Shown here in pieces: positions 45,202-54,285 of a stretch of DNA of 61,259 nt; the stretch's first letter is position 1; each line of letters begins with the position of its first letter. The notes under the pieces are model-generated. The model had not been told where the DNA came from. It saw only the letters and a program-made list of their open reading frames with translations, and searched no databases. Location: contig JBDRBU010000100.1 of NCBI GenBank assembly GCA_043822305.1, positions 1 through 61,259 on the forward strand. The letters are read 5' to 3'. The position numbers and the translations under genes are program-made. The DNA is from Candidatus Firestoneibacteriota bacterium. Its GTDB lineage: Bacteria; Oederibacteriota; D2-FULL-39-29; JBDRBU01.

Positions 45202-46135
45202 AAAATTGAATAGAAAAGAGTTTATAAAAAAGACCTTAAAAATTGCCACTCTTTTATATGTTGAGGGTATATTTCACGACAAATTAAGCGTTAATAAATT
45301 ATTTGCGGAGGAAAAACCATTTGATTTAGCTGTGGTTAGAAATTCTAATCCCGAAAGTTTAGTTAATGAAGCAATTAAAACGCTGGGAGGTATAGAAAGA
45401 TTTGTTAAAAAAGGTGATATTGTTTTAGTCAAGCCGAATATTGGTTGGAATAAAGCACCAAAATATGCTGCTACTACCAATCCAGATGTAGTTAGTACAG
45501 TGATAAAATTATGTTATAAGGCAGGCGCTAAAAAAGTTAAAGTCTTTGATAGAACTTGTGATAATGCAAAAATGTGTTATAAAAATAGTGGAATAGAAAA
45601 AGCAACTAGAGATGCGGGTGGAGAAATACTATTTGTGGAAGAAAGAAATAAAAAAAAATGGTCAAAGATAAAATTAGATGGGATTGATTTAAAAAATTGG
45701 CCAGTTTATGATGAATTACTTAACTCAGATTCAATCATAAATGTTCCTATAGCCAAACATCATGGTTCTTCAACACTAACATTGGGTATGAAAAACTGGA
45801 TGGGTGTTGTAGGAGGGAATCGTGGTGCTTTTCATTTAAATTTACATCAGCGTATAGCGGATATTTCTACTTTTATAAAACCAAAACTTATTATTGTTGA
45901 TGCCGTAAGGATTTTAACAGCCCATGGCCCAAAAGGTGGTAATTTAGCCGATGTTAAAAATATGGATACGATCATGGCCGGGGTAGATCAAGTGGCCGTA
46001 GATTCTTGTGCCAGCACTTTGTTCGGAATGAAAGGGGAAGATATCGATCATATCAAAATTGCATATGAAATGAAAATAGGAGAAATAAACTTATCTAAGC
46101 TGAAGATTAAAGAAATGGATTTGGCCTGGAGATGA
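45191..46135 (+). CDS. DUF362-domain protein with a degenerate Tat-like signal
   Basis: 314 aa. ..KGD.VLVKPN......P....TNP.VV..V......GA.KV.V.D and ..AKHH......LGMKNWMG.. are typical of DUF362. N-terminal NRKEFIKKTLKIATLL. Confidence 0.7.
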   Translation: MLNKKLNRKEFIKKTLKIATLLYVEGIFHDKLSVNKLFAEEKPFDLAVVRNSNPESLVNEAIKTLGGIERFVKKGDIVLVKPNIGWNKAPKYAATTNPDVVSTVIKLCYKAGAKKVKVFDRTCDNAKMCYKNSGIEKATRDAGGEILFVEERNKKKWSKIKLDGIDLKNWPVYDELLNSDSIINVPIAKHHGSSTLTLGMKNWMGVVGGNRGAFHLNLHQRIADISTFIKPKLIIVDAVRILTAHGPKGGNLADVKNMDTIMAGVDQVAVDSCASTLFGMKGEDIDHIKIAYEMKIGEINLSKLKIKEMDLAWR

Positions 46136-47571
46136 CAATAAGAAAAATTTCGCAAATAATTTTTTTACTAATATATATAATTTTATTTTTATTAACAGAT
46201 TTTATTTCCTCAAATACCATAAAATATCCTGTAAATATCTTTCTAAGAATAGACCCATTAATAGCCATAACTGAATTTTTTTTATTTAAAACAGTTATTG
46301 GTTTATTGATCCCAGCATTTGTCACAATTCTTTTAACAATAATTCTTGGCAGATTTTTCTGTGGCTGGGTTTGTCCTTTAGGAACAATCTTTGATATAAC
46401 TGGAGTTTCAAGAAATATCTTTTTTAAAAAAGACATTTTGAAACTTGATTTATATAGTGAGAGATTAGGAAATATATTTAAAAAAAGTCTTAAGTACTAC
46501 TTTTTAGTTCTACTATTAATAGCTGCTATCTTTTCAGTTCAACTTATTGGTTTTTTTGACCCGATATCTCTTTTAACAAGAACATTAACTATAAGCATAT
46601 ATCCTACCCTTAAATTTTTTAGACTAAATTTTATTACCTTTTTAATCTTTCTTTTAATTATTGGACTTTCAATTATTAAGACAAGATTGTGGTGCGTTAG
46701 TTTATGTCCACTGGGAGCATTACTTGGCGTTATTTCTAAGTTTGCATTATTAAAAAGAAATGTAAATAAAAAATGCGTAAGCTGTAAAAAATGTCAGAAG
46801 GTATGCGGTCTGGAAACTATTGACGAAAAGTTTAAAAGTAAAAAATCCGAGTGTAATTTTTGCTTAAATTGTTCTAATGTTTGTTCAAAAGAGGCTATAG
46901 AATTTAATTTTAATATACCAAAACCTTTTATAGAGGATGAAGATTTAAATTTATCAAGAAGATATTTCATAACAAGTGTTATGGGTGGAATAATTTTATC
47001 TCCTTTAATTAAATTGAACTATAATTCGAAATCTAATTATGATAAACTACTCAGGCCACCAGGAGCATTACCGGAGGAAGAATTTTTGGATAGATGCGTC
47101 CGATGCGGTCAATGTCTGAAGGTTTGTCCTACAAATATAATACAACCAGCTTTTCTTGAAGTTGGTCTTGAAAGTTTTTATTCGCCAATAATGGCTCCCA
47201 GAATCGGATATTGTGATTATGAATGTAGTTTGTGTGGCCAGGTTTGTCCAACCGGTGCCATTCCTAATATTCCCTTAGAAGAAAAACAAAGAAAGGTAAT
47301 GGGTACAGCAGTTTTTAATAAAAACAGATGTTTGCCCTGGTATAAGAATGTTAACTGCCTTGTGTGTGAGGAACATTGTCCAATTCCAAGTAAAGCCATC
47401 AGGTTTAATGAAAAAGAGGTGATGGATTTTGATGGTCAGAGGAAATTAATTAAGTTTCCATATGTGGTAGAATATTTATGTCTGGGTTGTGGTCTGTGTG
47501 AATATAAATGTCCAGTATCAGGGGATGCTGGAATTACTGTTAGGAAGGCCAAAATGGATATCTGGGAGTAA
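46132..47571 (+). CDS. membrane polyferredoxin (NapH/MauN-like N-terminus plus multiple 4Fe-4S motifs)
   Basis: 479 aa. TM region with FCGWVCPLG and WCVSLCPLGA. Then CVSCKKCQKVC, CNFCLNCSNVC, CVRCGQCLKVCP, CSLCGQVCP, CLVCEEHCP, CLGCGLCEYKCP. Confidence 0.8.
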   Translation: MTIRKISQIIFLLIYIILFLLTDFISSNTIKYPVNIFLRIDPLIAITEFFLFKTVIGLLIPAFVTILLTIILGRFFCGWVCPLGTIFDITGVSRNIFFKKDILKLDLYSERLGNIFKKSLKYYFLVLLLIAAIFSVQLIGFFDPISLLTRTLTISIYPTLKFFRLNFITFLIFLLIIGLSIIKTRLWCVSLCPLGALLGVISKFALLKRNVNKKCVSCKKCQKVCGLETIDEKFKSKKSECNFCLNCSNVCSKEAIEFNFNIPKPFIEDEDLNLSRRYFITSVMGGIILSPLIKLNYNSKSNYDKLLRPPGALPEEEFLDRCVRCGQCLKVCPTNIIQPAFLEVGLESFYSPIMAPRIGYCDYECSLCGQVCPTGAIPNIPLEEKQRKVMGTAVFNKNRCLPWYKNVNCLVCEEHCPIPSKAIRFNEKEVMDFDGQRKLIKFPYVVEYLCLGCGLCEYKCPVSGDAGITVRKAKMDIWE

Positions 47572-47575
47572 GGTT

Positions 47576-48562
47576 ATGAAAGAAGCATTGTACTACGAGA
47601 AATTAGAAGATAAAAAAGTTTATTGTTCCCTCTGCCCAAAGGAATGTAAAATTTTAGAGGGTAAAACTGGTTTTTGTCAGGTCCGATTAAACAAAGATGG
47701 AGATTTATATTCTACCATCTATGAAGAAGTAACATCTCTTGGGGTTGACCCTGTTGAAAAAAAACCATTATACCATTTTTATCCTGGGTCATATATATTG
47801 TCAGTAGGAACTAATGGTTGCAATCTGGGATGTGATTTTTGTCAGAATTGGGAAATATCCCAGGTTAGTAATTCGGGTAGAGAAAAAATAACTTCTGATC
47901 AATTGTTAGAAATGGCAGAAAAAGAAAACTCAATAGGAATTGCTTATACTTACAATGAACCGTTTATATGGTTTGAGTTCGTGCTTGAAACGGCTATAAA
48001 AATAAAAAACAAAGGATTAAAAAATGTTCTTGTTACAAATGGTTTTGTGAATGAAAAGCCGTTACTTGAAATTCTTCCTTATATAGATGCAATGAATATA
48101 GATCTTAAGTCTTTTAACGGAGATTTTTATAAAAAAATATGCAAGGGAGATTTAGAGAAAGTTAAAAGAACAATAGAAATTTCAGCAAAAAAGTGCCATA
48201 TTGAACTTACAAATCTTATTGTCCCGACTTTAAATGATTCCAAGGAGGAAATCACTAATTTAGTAGATTGGATAGCCGGTCTAAGTCCGGATATACCTTT
48301 GCACTTTTCTAAGTATTCTCCAAGGTATAAGATGGATATACCAGAGACACCAGTAAATACTTTAAATGGAGCATATGAAATAGCGAAAAAAAAGTTAAAA
48401 TATGTTTATCTGGGTAATATTTATTCAATAGAAGGAAATATAACATACTGCCCTGATTGTAAAAAAGATATTATAGTTCGAAGAGGGTATAATATTGCAA
48501 AATGTGAAATAAACAACGGCAAATGTAGATTTTGTAATACGGACATAAGGGGAGTGTTTTAA
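47576..48562 (+). CDS. AmmeMemoRadiSam-system-type radical SAM enzyme
   Basis: N-terminus MKEALYYEKLEDKKV.C.LCP..C.I.EGK.G.C.VR.N..G.LY...Y and the CNLGCDFCQNWEIS radical-SAM CxxxCxxC are characteristic. Start at the ATG at 47576. Confidence 0.8.
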   Translation: MKEALYYEKLEDKKVYCSLCPKECKILEGKTGFCQVRLNKDGDLYSTIYEEVTSLGVDPVEKKPLYHFYPGSYILSVGTNGCNLGCDFCQNWEISQVSNSGREKITSDQLLEMAEKENSIGIAYTYNEPFIWFEFVLETAIKIKNKGLKNVLVTNGFVNEKPLLEILPYIDAMNIDLKSFNGDFYKKICKGDLEKVKRTIEISAKKCHIELTNLIVPTLNDSKEEITNLVDWIAGLSPDIPLHFSKYSPRYKMDIPETPVNTLNGAYEIAKKKLKYVYLGNIYSIEGNITYCPDCKKDIIVRRGYNIAKCEINNGKCRFCNTDIRGVF

Positions 48563-48611
48563 GTCATTTATTTGGTTGATTATTTATATAATTTTTGGTA
48601 TTCTATTATAA

Positions 48612-48686
48612 GGCGGCATAGCCAAGTGGTAAGGCAGCGGTCTGCAAAACCGTTATTCCTCGGTTCAAGTCCGAGTGCCGCCTCCA
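48612..48686 (+). tRNA. tRNA-Cys (GCA), CCA encoded
   Basis: Cloverleaf folded by hand. Acceptor ggcggca/tgccgcc, anticodon loop cuGCAaa, T-arm ctcgg-ttcaagt-ccgag, discriminator U73 (typical for Cys), 3' CCA. Confidence 0.9.
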
Positions 48687-48742
48687 AAAAAGTAAAGAAA
48701 GTAGAAAAAGTGAAAAAAGTAAAAATTTTAAGGAGGATAAAA

Positions 48743-49234
48743 GTGAAAAAAATTGTAATAATTATAGTTTCTTTGTTTATGTTTAATTTTTCATACGGAG
48801 AGATAATAGTTAAAAAAGGAGAATCTGCACCAAATTTTTCATTGTTTCCTTTAAAAGGTAAAAAAATATCTCTTAAGGAATTTAAGGATAAAAAAGTTGT
48901 TTTAATAAATGTGTTTTCAATAACTTGTCTACCCTGTAAAGAAGAATTACCTGGTCTTATTAAAGCAAGTAGTGAATATAAGGAAAATCTTCAAATAATA
49001 GGAATTACTTTGGACAAAAAAAAGGATGAAGTAGAACGATTTGCAAAAGAAAACAAAATAAATTTTCCTGTATGTTTAGATTACACCAAGGAATTTTTAA
49101 ATAAATATTTAAAAGGAAAATTTGATATTCCAATCAGTATTTTTGTTGGATTGGATGGTAATATTACAGAAATTCACCAATATGTAAACGAAAAAACATT
49201 AAGAAAAATTTTAGAAGATTTGATAAAAAAATGA
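48743..49234 (+). CDS. TlpA/redoxin-family thiol-disulfide oxidoreductase (membrane-anchored)
   Basis: CxxC = CLPC in ..VLINVFSITCLPCKEELP... GTG at 48743 after AAGGAGG. The tracked ORF start (48572) runs through the tRNA and is rejected. Confidence 0.75.
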   Translation: MKKIVIIIVSLFMFNFSYGEIIVKKGESAPNFSLFPLKGKKISLKEFKDKKVVLINVFSITCLPCKEELPGLIKASSEYKENLQIIGITLDKKKDEVERFAKENKINFPVCLDYTKEFLNKYLKGKFDIPISIFVGLDGNITEIHQYVNEKTLRKILEDLIKK

Positions 49235-49623
49235 CGAAAAAAAGTAAAAATAATAGTTTTTTGATGGTATTGTGTGTTATTTTGATTACGGGAATTATCT
49301 TATTGCTTATTGAATTACAAAGGAAAGATAAACAGATGGTTTATCTGGCCAGTGAGATAAACGAACTTAAAAATAGTGTGACTAATGTAAGTAAGTTAGA
49401 TATGAATAAAATCAAAAAGACAGTAGAAGGAAATTTGGATAAAATTGTTGATAAAAAGCCTGCTAATGGTTGTAACTGGTTTTTAGATGAAGTAAAATTT
49501 ATTGAAAATGATACAGTTAAGATAAAATATGAAGATGGACATACTTTGAATAGTGAAACTTTTAAAATAACGAATCCAGATGATTATAAAACATGGATTA
49601 AAGTTGATAATTTAGGGAAGTAA
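49231..49623 (+). CDS. membrane-anchored hypothetical protein
   Basis: 130 aa. One TM helix, a coiled-coil stretch, no recognised motif. The ATGA overlaps the upstream gene. Confidence 0.5.
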   Translation: MTKKSKNNSFLMVLCVILITGIILLLIELQRKDKQMVYLASEINELKNSVTNVSKLDMNKIKKTVEGNLDKIVDKKPANGCNWFLDEVKFIENDTVKIKYEDGHTLNSETFKITNPDDYKTWIKVDNLGK

Positions 49624-49643
49624 CCCTCGCACCTTCTGGTGCG
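49624..49643 (+). repeat. Repeat family I copy
   Basis: ccct-cgcacc-ttct-ggtgcg. Same stem as the aroE-internal copy. Confidence 0.5.
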
Positions 49644-49657
49644 TGAAAGGAAAAATT

Positions 49658-51232
49658 ATGGATATGTCCCAAAGCAATAAAAAGATCAGGGTCATAGGTA
49701 ATATAGAATCGGTACTACAAGAAGCGATTAAGGATTTAAATGCAGAGAGTGGCTCACTTATGATCGTAGATAGTAGGTCAGACGAATTATTTATAAAAGC
49801 ATATTATTCGCAAATACCTGACAAGGGGCTTACTTCCGATATAGTTAATAAGACAAGAATTAAAATTGGACAAAGTATCTCTGGATTTGTAGCGAAAACA
49901 CAAAAACCTTTACTTATAAATGATATAAAAGATATTTTATCTCTTCATCCAAATATTAGTAAAAATACTAATTCAAGGAAATACAGGACATCTATAGTGA
50001 TTCCGGTCATAAATAAGAATAATAGAACAACGGCGGTCTTAAATATAAATAATAAATTAAATTCTCAACTTTTTTCTCAAAAGGATTTTAATTTCGCAAT
50101 TTTACTTGCTGAGTATTGTGGGGCCGTACTTAAATTAGAAAGAAAGAATATAGAGTTGATGACTGTAAATGAAATTATAAGGGAAATAAATAAAACAAAT
50201 GATTTAAATATTATATTTAAAATGATAGTGAATAAGGGCAAAGAATTGCTTTTCTGTAGAAATGTTTCTATAATGATAATTGAGAATGATTTTCTTATTG
50301 TTAAAGAAAGCACAAATAAGAGGATTATTGGACAGAAAAGAAAATTTGGTGTTGGAGTTTCAGGCTGGGTTTGGAAGACAGGAGAACCAATATTTATTAA
50401 AAAGTTAGACGAAAGTAAAAAAGATACAAGATTTCAGTTACTTAATAAGCCAGGTTCATTTATTGTTGCCCCGTTGAATTTAAAATATGAAACTCCTTTT
50501 GCTTTAAATGTTGCCTTGAAAGGTGCGGCCACAATCGGTGTTTTAAATTTTTCTGATAAAATAGACGGTAGTTCGTTTGATGATGAAGATTTAGATGTTG
50601 TAATTAATTATGCAAATCTTACGGCCATAGCCATAGAAAAAGTAAGGTTCTTCGTCGAAACAAAAAAGGCATACTTGTCTACCGTAGAAGCTTTATCATC
50701 AGCGATTGATATTAATGACAAGGATTCATATGAACATTTAAGAAGAGTTGTTAAATATTCGTTATTAATTGCTAAGAGTATAGATTTAAGTGCTATAGAA
50801 AAAGAAAATTTACATTTTGCGGCACTACTTCATGATATAGGCAAGATAGGCATAGCAGAACATATACTAAGTAAATCAAGTGAATTGACTCCAGATGAGT
50901 ATGAAAAGATGAAAAAACATGTAGAAAAAGGCGTGAAGATATTAGCCAATGTTCCGTTTTTATATAATGCTGCTTTAATAGTTAAACATCATCATGAACG
51001 TTTTGATGGAGAAGGTTATCCGGATAGATTAAAGGGAGAAAAGATACCAATAGGGGCAAGGATACTTACAATTACAGATTCTTTTGATGCTATGACTTCT
51101 GATAGAATATATAAATCTAAAAAGACAAGAAAAGAAGCTATCAAGGAGTTAAGGAGATGTGCCGGGAGTCAATTTGACCCTAAGTTGACTAAAATATTTT
51201 TAGAAATATTAGAAAAACAGGGACAAACATAG
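49658..51232 (+). CDS. GAF-GAF-HD-GYP protein, second paralog
   Basis: HD-GYP motifs HDIGKIGI and HHHERFDGEGYP. Two GAF-like units. ATG at 49658 preferred over GTG at 49643. Confidence 0.85.
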   Translation: MDMSQSNKKIRVIGNIESVLQEAIKDLNAESGSLMIVDSRSDELFIKAYYSQIPDKGLTSDIVNKTRIKIGQSISGFVAKTQKPLLINDIKDILSLHPNISKNTNSRKYRTSIVIPVINKNNRTTAVLNINNKLNSQLFSQKDFNFAILLAEYCGAVLKLERKNIELMTVNEIIREINKTNDLNIIFKMIVNKGKELLFCRNVSIMIIENDFLIVKESTNKRIIGQKRKFGVGVSGWVWKTGEPIFIKKLDESKKDTRFQLLNKPGSFIVAPLNLKYETPFALNVALKGAATIGVLNFSDKIDGSSFDDEDLDVVINYANLTAIAIEKVRFFVETKKAYLSTVEALSSAIDINDKDSYEHLRRVVKYSLLIAKSIDLSAIEKENLHFAALLHDIGKIGIAEHILSKSSELTPDEYEKMKKHVEKGVKILANVPFLYNAALIVKHHHERFDGEGYPDRLKGEKIPIGARILTITDSFDAMTSDRIYKSKKTRKEAIKELRRCAGSQFDPKLTKIFLEILEKQGQT

Positions 51233-51234
51233 GA

Positions 51235-51264
51235 TTGACAATATGTTTTGTATTTTGGTATAAT
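51235..51264 (+). promoter_or_regulatory. promoter of infC-rpmI-rplT
   Basis: TTGACA (51235-51240), 18 bp spacer, TGgTATAAT (extended -10, 51256-51264). Confidence 0.6.
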
Positions 51265-51290
51265 TAAGTTAAAAGAGGAGGTGGTTTAAA

Positions 51291-51806
51291 ATCGAAAAAC
51301 GGTATAGAATAAATAATCAGATAAGAGCAAACGAAGTGAGAGTACTTGGCCCAAATGGTGAGCAAATAGGGGTAATCTCATTATCTTCTGCGGTGAATAT
51401 GGCCAGGGCTCAAAAGTTGGATTTAGTTGAAATATCTCCTCAGGTAAATCCACCGGTATGCAAGATAATGAACTTTGGTAAGTTCAGGTATGAACAAGAG
51501 AAGAAACTAAAACTTGCAAAAAAGAAACAAAAGGTGGTTGTTTTAAAAGAGATAAAGATCAGGCCCAAAATAGATATTCATGATTTTCAAACTAAAAAAG
51601 CTCATATTGAGAGATTCTTAAAAGAAGGGGATAAAGTTAAAGTAACTATAATGTTCAGGGGTAGAGAGATGCTACACAAAGAAAGGGGAAGAGATATATT
51701 GAATAATGTTATTCAGGAGTTTAAAGATTTATCAGAGATTGAACAACAGACTAAATTAGAAGGTTATAATATGACCATTGTTTTAAATCCAAAGAAAGGA
51801 AAATAA
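51291..51806 (+). CDS. infC: translation initiation factor IF-3 (non-canonical ATC start proposed)
   Basis: Conserved IF3 N-terminus ..RINNQIRANEVRVLGPNGEQIGV.. lies upstream of the tracked GTG (51336). The frame is open back to 51273. ATC at 51291 sits 9 nt after GAGGAGG. Confidence 0.85.
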   Translation: MEKRYRINNQIRANEVRVLGPNGEQIGVISLSSAVNMARAQKLDLVEISPQVNPPVCKIMNFGKFRYEQEKKLKLAKKKQKVVVLKEIKIRPKIDIHDFQTKKAHIERFLKEGDKVKVTIMFRGREMLHKERGRDILNNVIQEFKDLSEIEQQTKLEGYNMTIVLNPKKGK

Positions 51807-51807
51807 A

Positions 51808-52005
51808 ATGCCAAAATTAAAAAGCAATAGCGGGGCTAAGAAAAGATTTAAGATTACAAAAAGAGGCAAAGTTTTAAAAAAGAGAGCCTTTGCCAGACAC
51901 AAATTAGAAAAAAAACAAAAAAGTAGAAAGATGCATTTAAGAAAGGCTGCCGTTTTAAATAAGGTAGATGCAAATGCAATAAAAAGGATGTTGCCGTATT
52001 CTTAA
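51808..52005 (+). CDS. rpmI: 50S ribosomal protein L35
   Basis: 65 aa. MPKLKSNSGAKKRFK.T..GK. Confidence 0.95.
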   Translation: MPKLKSNSGAKKRFKITKRGKVLKKRAFARHKLEKKQKSRKMHLRKAAVLNKVDANAIKRMLPYS

Positions 52006-52019
52006 GTTAAGTTTGTTTG

Positions 52020-52057
52020 TAGTCTGTTCGCCTTGGCGAACAACTATTCCTAATATT
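52020..52057 (+). repeat. Repeat family G copy
   Basis: tagtctgttcgccttggcgaacaactattcctaatatt (hairpin gttcgcc-tt-ggcgaac). Inverted copy at 55975-56011. Confidence 0.75.
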
Positions 52058-52114
52058 ATTTATTCACATTATGGAAAGTCATAATTTGTGATTTGTAACT
52101 AAAGGAGGTTTTAA

Positions 52115-52465
52115 ATGTCTCGGATAAAGGGTGGGGTGACAACAAGACGCAGGAAGAAAAAAATTTTCAAAGCAACAAAAGGGTTCTGGGGCAAAAAGAA
52201 GAATTGTTACAGATTTGCAACAGAAGCATATGATAGAGCCGGTCAGTATGCGTACAGGGATAGACGTGCAAAAAAACGAAGTTTTAGATCTTTATGGATT
52301 ACTCGTATTTCGGCAATAGTAAAACAAAACGGTTTATCTTATAGTAAGTTTATTTGTGGGTTAAAGAAAGCCAAGATAGATATTGACAGGAAATCTTTAG
52401 CAGAAATAGCAGCGAGGGACCCGAATTCCTTCCTGAAATTAATACAACTTACCAAATCAAATTAA
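52115..52465 (+). CDS. rplT: 50S ribosomal protein L20
   Basis: 116 aa. MSRIKGGV..RRR.KK......G..G and ..AY.DRR.KKR.FR.LWI.RI. Confidence 0.95.
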   Translation: MSRIKGGVTTRRRKKKIFKATKGFWGKKKNCYRFATEAYDRAGQYAYRDRRAKKRSFRSLWITRISAIVKQNGLSYSKFICGLKKAKIDIDRKSLAEIAARDPNSFLKLIQLTKSN

Positions 52466-54039
52466 TGTCAAAAGATTTGTTTAAATCACAGTCAGGATTA
52501 AGAAGAGATGTTGGTGTCTGGGGCTCCTTTATGTGGGGTTATGCAGATGTAGGAGCTAATGTTTATGTTGCCTTAGGAATTGTTATAGCCGCAGCCCAGG
52601 GAGCAGCCAGTTTAGCCTTTGCTGTTGCTGGATTAGTATACATTTTAATAGGACTGGCCTATACTGAACTTGCTTCTGCTTATCCTATTGCCGGTGGTGG
52701 TCAGTATTTTTCCATGAGAGGGTTAGGTGATATCTGGGGATTCATAAGTGGCTCATCCTTGCTTTTGGATTATACAATTGATATTGCTCTTTTTGCCACT
52801 GCTTCTGCTGGATATATTAACTTTTTCATGCCATATATTTTAGGCCACAGTATTAAAGATTATGTGATTAATATCGGCCCTTTTGCTATAAATTATTTCT
52901 GGTATCTTGAAACTTTAGCCATAATACTTATTCTTGTTTTTATTAATATAAAAGGAGTTAAGGAATCATCTCGTTTAAATGAAATATTTGGAGTTATTGA
53001 GATATTAACTGAATCAGGATTAGTGATACTTGGTTTTGTCTTTGCCTGGAGTCCAGAGAAATTTTTGTATCAGTGGCATACCCAACAGCCAAGTTTAAAT
53101 CAATTTATGTATGGTACATCTCTGGCCATAATATCCTTTATTGGTTTAGAATCTATTTCTCAGGCAGCACAGGAGACTCGAAGGCCGGCAACAATAATAC
53201 CAAGGACATCTATAGCGTTGATTTTTACAGTTTTTCTCACGGCCATATCTTTTTCTACATTAGGATTAGGTGTTTTAGACTGGCAGGTTTTAGCCGAACA
53301 TCAAGCTAACCCTGTGGCAAAATTAGCAGATGCTATTCCATATATAGGAATAATAGCAGGACCTTTTACTGCTGTTATGGGTGCAATCATACTGTTTATA
53401 TCTTCAAATACAGGTGTTATGGGTGCATCTCGTTTAACATTTTGTATGAGTCAGTTTGGTCTAATTAGTAAATGGTTTGATTATGTTCATCCTAAATTTA
53501 AAACACCGGTTAGAACTATACTTGTATTTTCTTTTATTGCAATTGTAGAACTGACAGTTGCTTTTTTAACACCAAAGGCGATAGATACATTAGGTAATTT
53601 ATATGCTTTTGGAGCTACATTAGGATATATATTAGTGTTTTTAGCACTCATTAGATTAAGATACATAGACCCATATTCACCTCGACCATATAAAGTACCT
53701 TTTAATATTAAGGTTAAATATCATGGCCATGAGGTAGAATTTCCGTTGTTTGCTGTCATAGGAACAATTGGAGTAAGTACAATCTTTTTTATGGTTATTT
53801 GGACACATTCTATTGGGAGAATAGCGGGTCCAGCCTGGGTCATTCTATGTTTAATATATTATTTTATATACAGAGCAAAGAATAAACTTCCTTTAGTCGG
53901 AAGTGTTGAAAGGAATTGGGAGAAAGAACAGATAGAAGTTTTAGAATCTGCAGAGGAGTATGATTTGGTTGAGCAATATAAGATTGCCTTGAAAGATAGA
54001 GACAAGAAAGGACAACCACCTAACCTGACAACCCCCTAA
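52465..54039 (+). CDS. APC-superfamily amino acid permease
   Basis: 524 aa with about 12 TM helices. N-terminal GYADVGA..YVALG and ..AY.ELASA.P.AGG.Y pattern. Confidence 0.8.
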   Translation: MSKDLFKSQSGLRRDVGVWGSFMWGYADVGANVYVALGIVIAAAQGAASLAFAVAGLVYILIGLAYTELASAYPIAGGGQYFSMRGLGDIWGFISGSSLLLDYTIDIALFATASAGYINFFMPYILGHSIKDYVINIGPFAINYFWYLETLAIILILVFINIKGVKESSRLNEIFGVIEILTESGLVILGFVFAWSPEKFLYQWHTQQPSLNQFMYGTSLAIISFIGLESISQAAQETRRPATIIPRTSIALIFTVFLTAISFSTLGLGVLDWQVLAEHQANPVAKLADAIPYIGIIAGPFTAVMGAIILFISSNTGVMGASRLTFCMSQFGLISKWFDYVHPKFKTPVRTILVFSFIAIVELTVAFLTPKAIDTLGNLYAFGATLGYILVFLALIRLRYIDPYSPRPYKVPFNIKVKYHGHEVEFPLFAVIGTIGVSTIFFMVIWTHSIGRIAGPAWVILCLIYYFIYRAKNKLPLVGSVERNWEKEQIEVLESAEEYDLVEQYKIALKDRDKKGQPPNLTTP

Positions 54040-54062
54040 CCCCCTTTGTTAAGGGGGAATTA
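54028..54062 (+). repeat. Repeat family E copy overlapping the permease stop codon
   Basis: acaaccccctaaccccctttgttaagggggaatta. The TAA stop (54037-54039) lies inside the repeat. Confidence 0.8.
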
Positions 54063-54075
54063 GAAGGAATTAAAA

Positions 54076-54285
54076 ATGGAAAGATTAAAAGTTAAAGATT
54101 ATATAAAAATAATAAATACTTTATTAATGTTAATAATGGGAACAGTTATTTTGTATAAATCGTTTAGAGATACATTAACATTTAATTTCTATTTAATAGG
54201 GATACTTTTTGTAGGATTTGGTATATATAGAATTAAGTTAATAAAAGATTATTTTAAAAGGGTTAAAAATAATGAAAATCAGTAA
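54076..54285 (+). CDS. small two-TM membrane protein
   Basis: 69 aa. Two hydrophobic helices. GGAAT RBS-like sequence upstream. Confidence 0.45.
   Translation: MERLKVKDYIKIINTLLMLIMGTVILYKSFRDTLTFNFYLIGILFVGFGIYRIKLIKDYFKRVKNNENQ

Noticed and set aside
48572-48742. N-terminal 57 codons of tracked ORF 48572-49234
   Set aside because: This part reads straight through the tRNA-Cys gene (48612-48686). The real redoxin CDS starts at GTG 48743 behind AAGGAGG.
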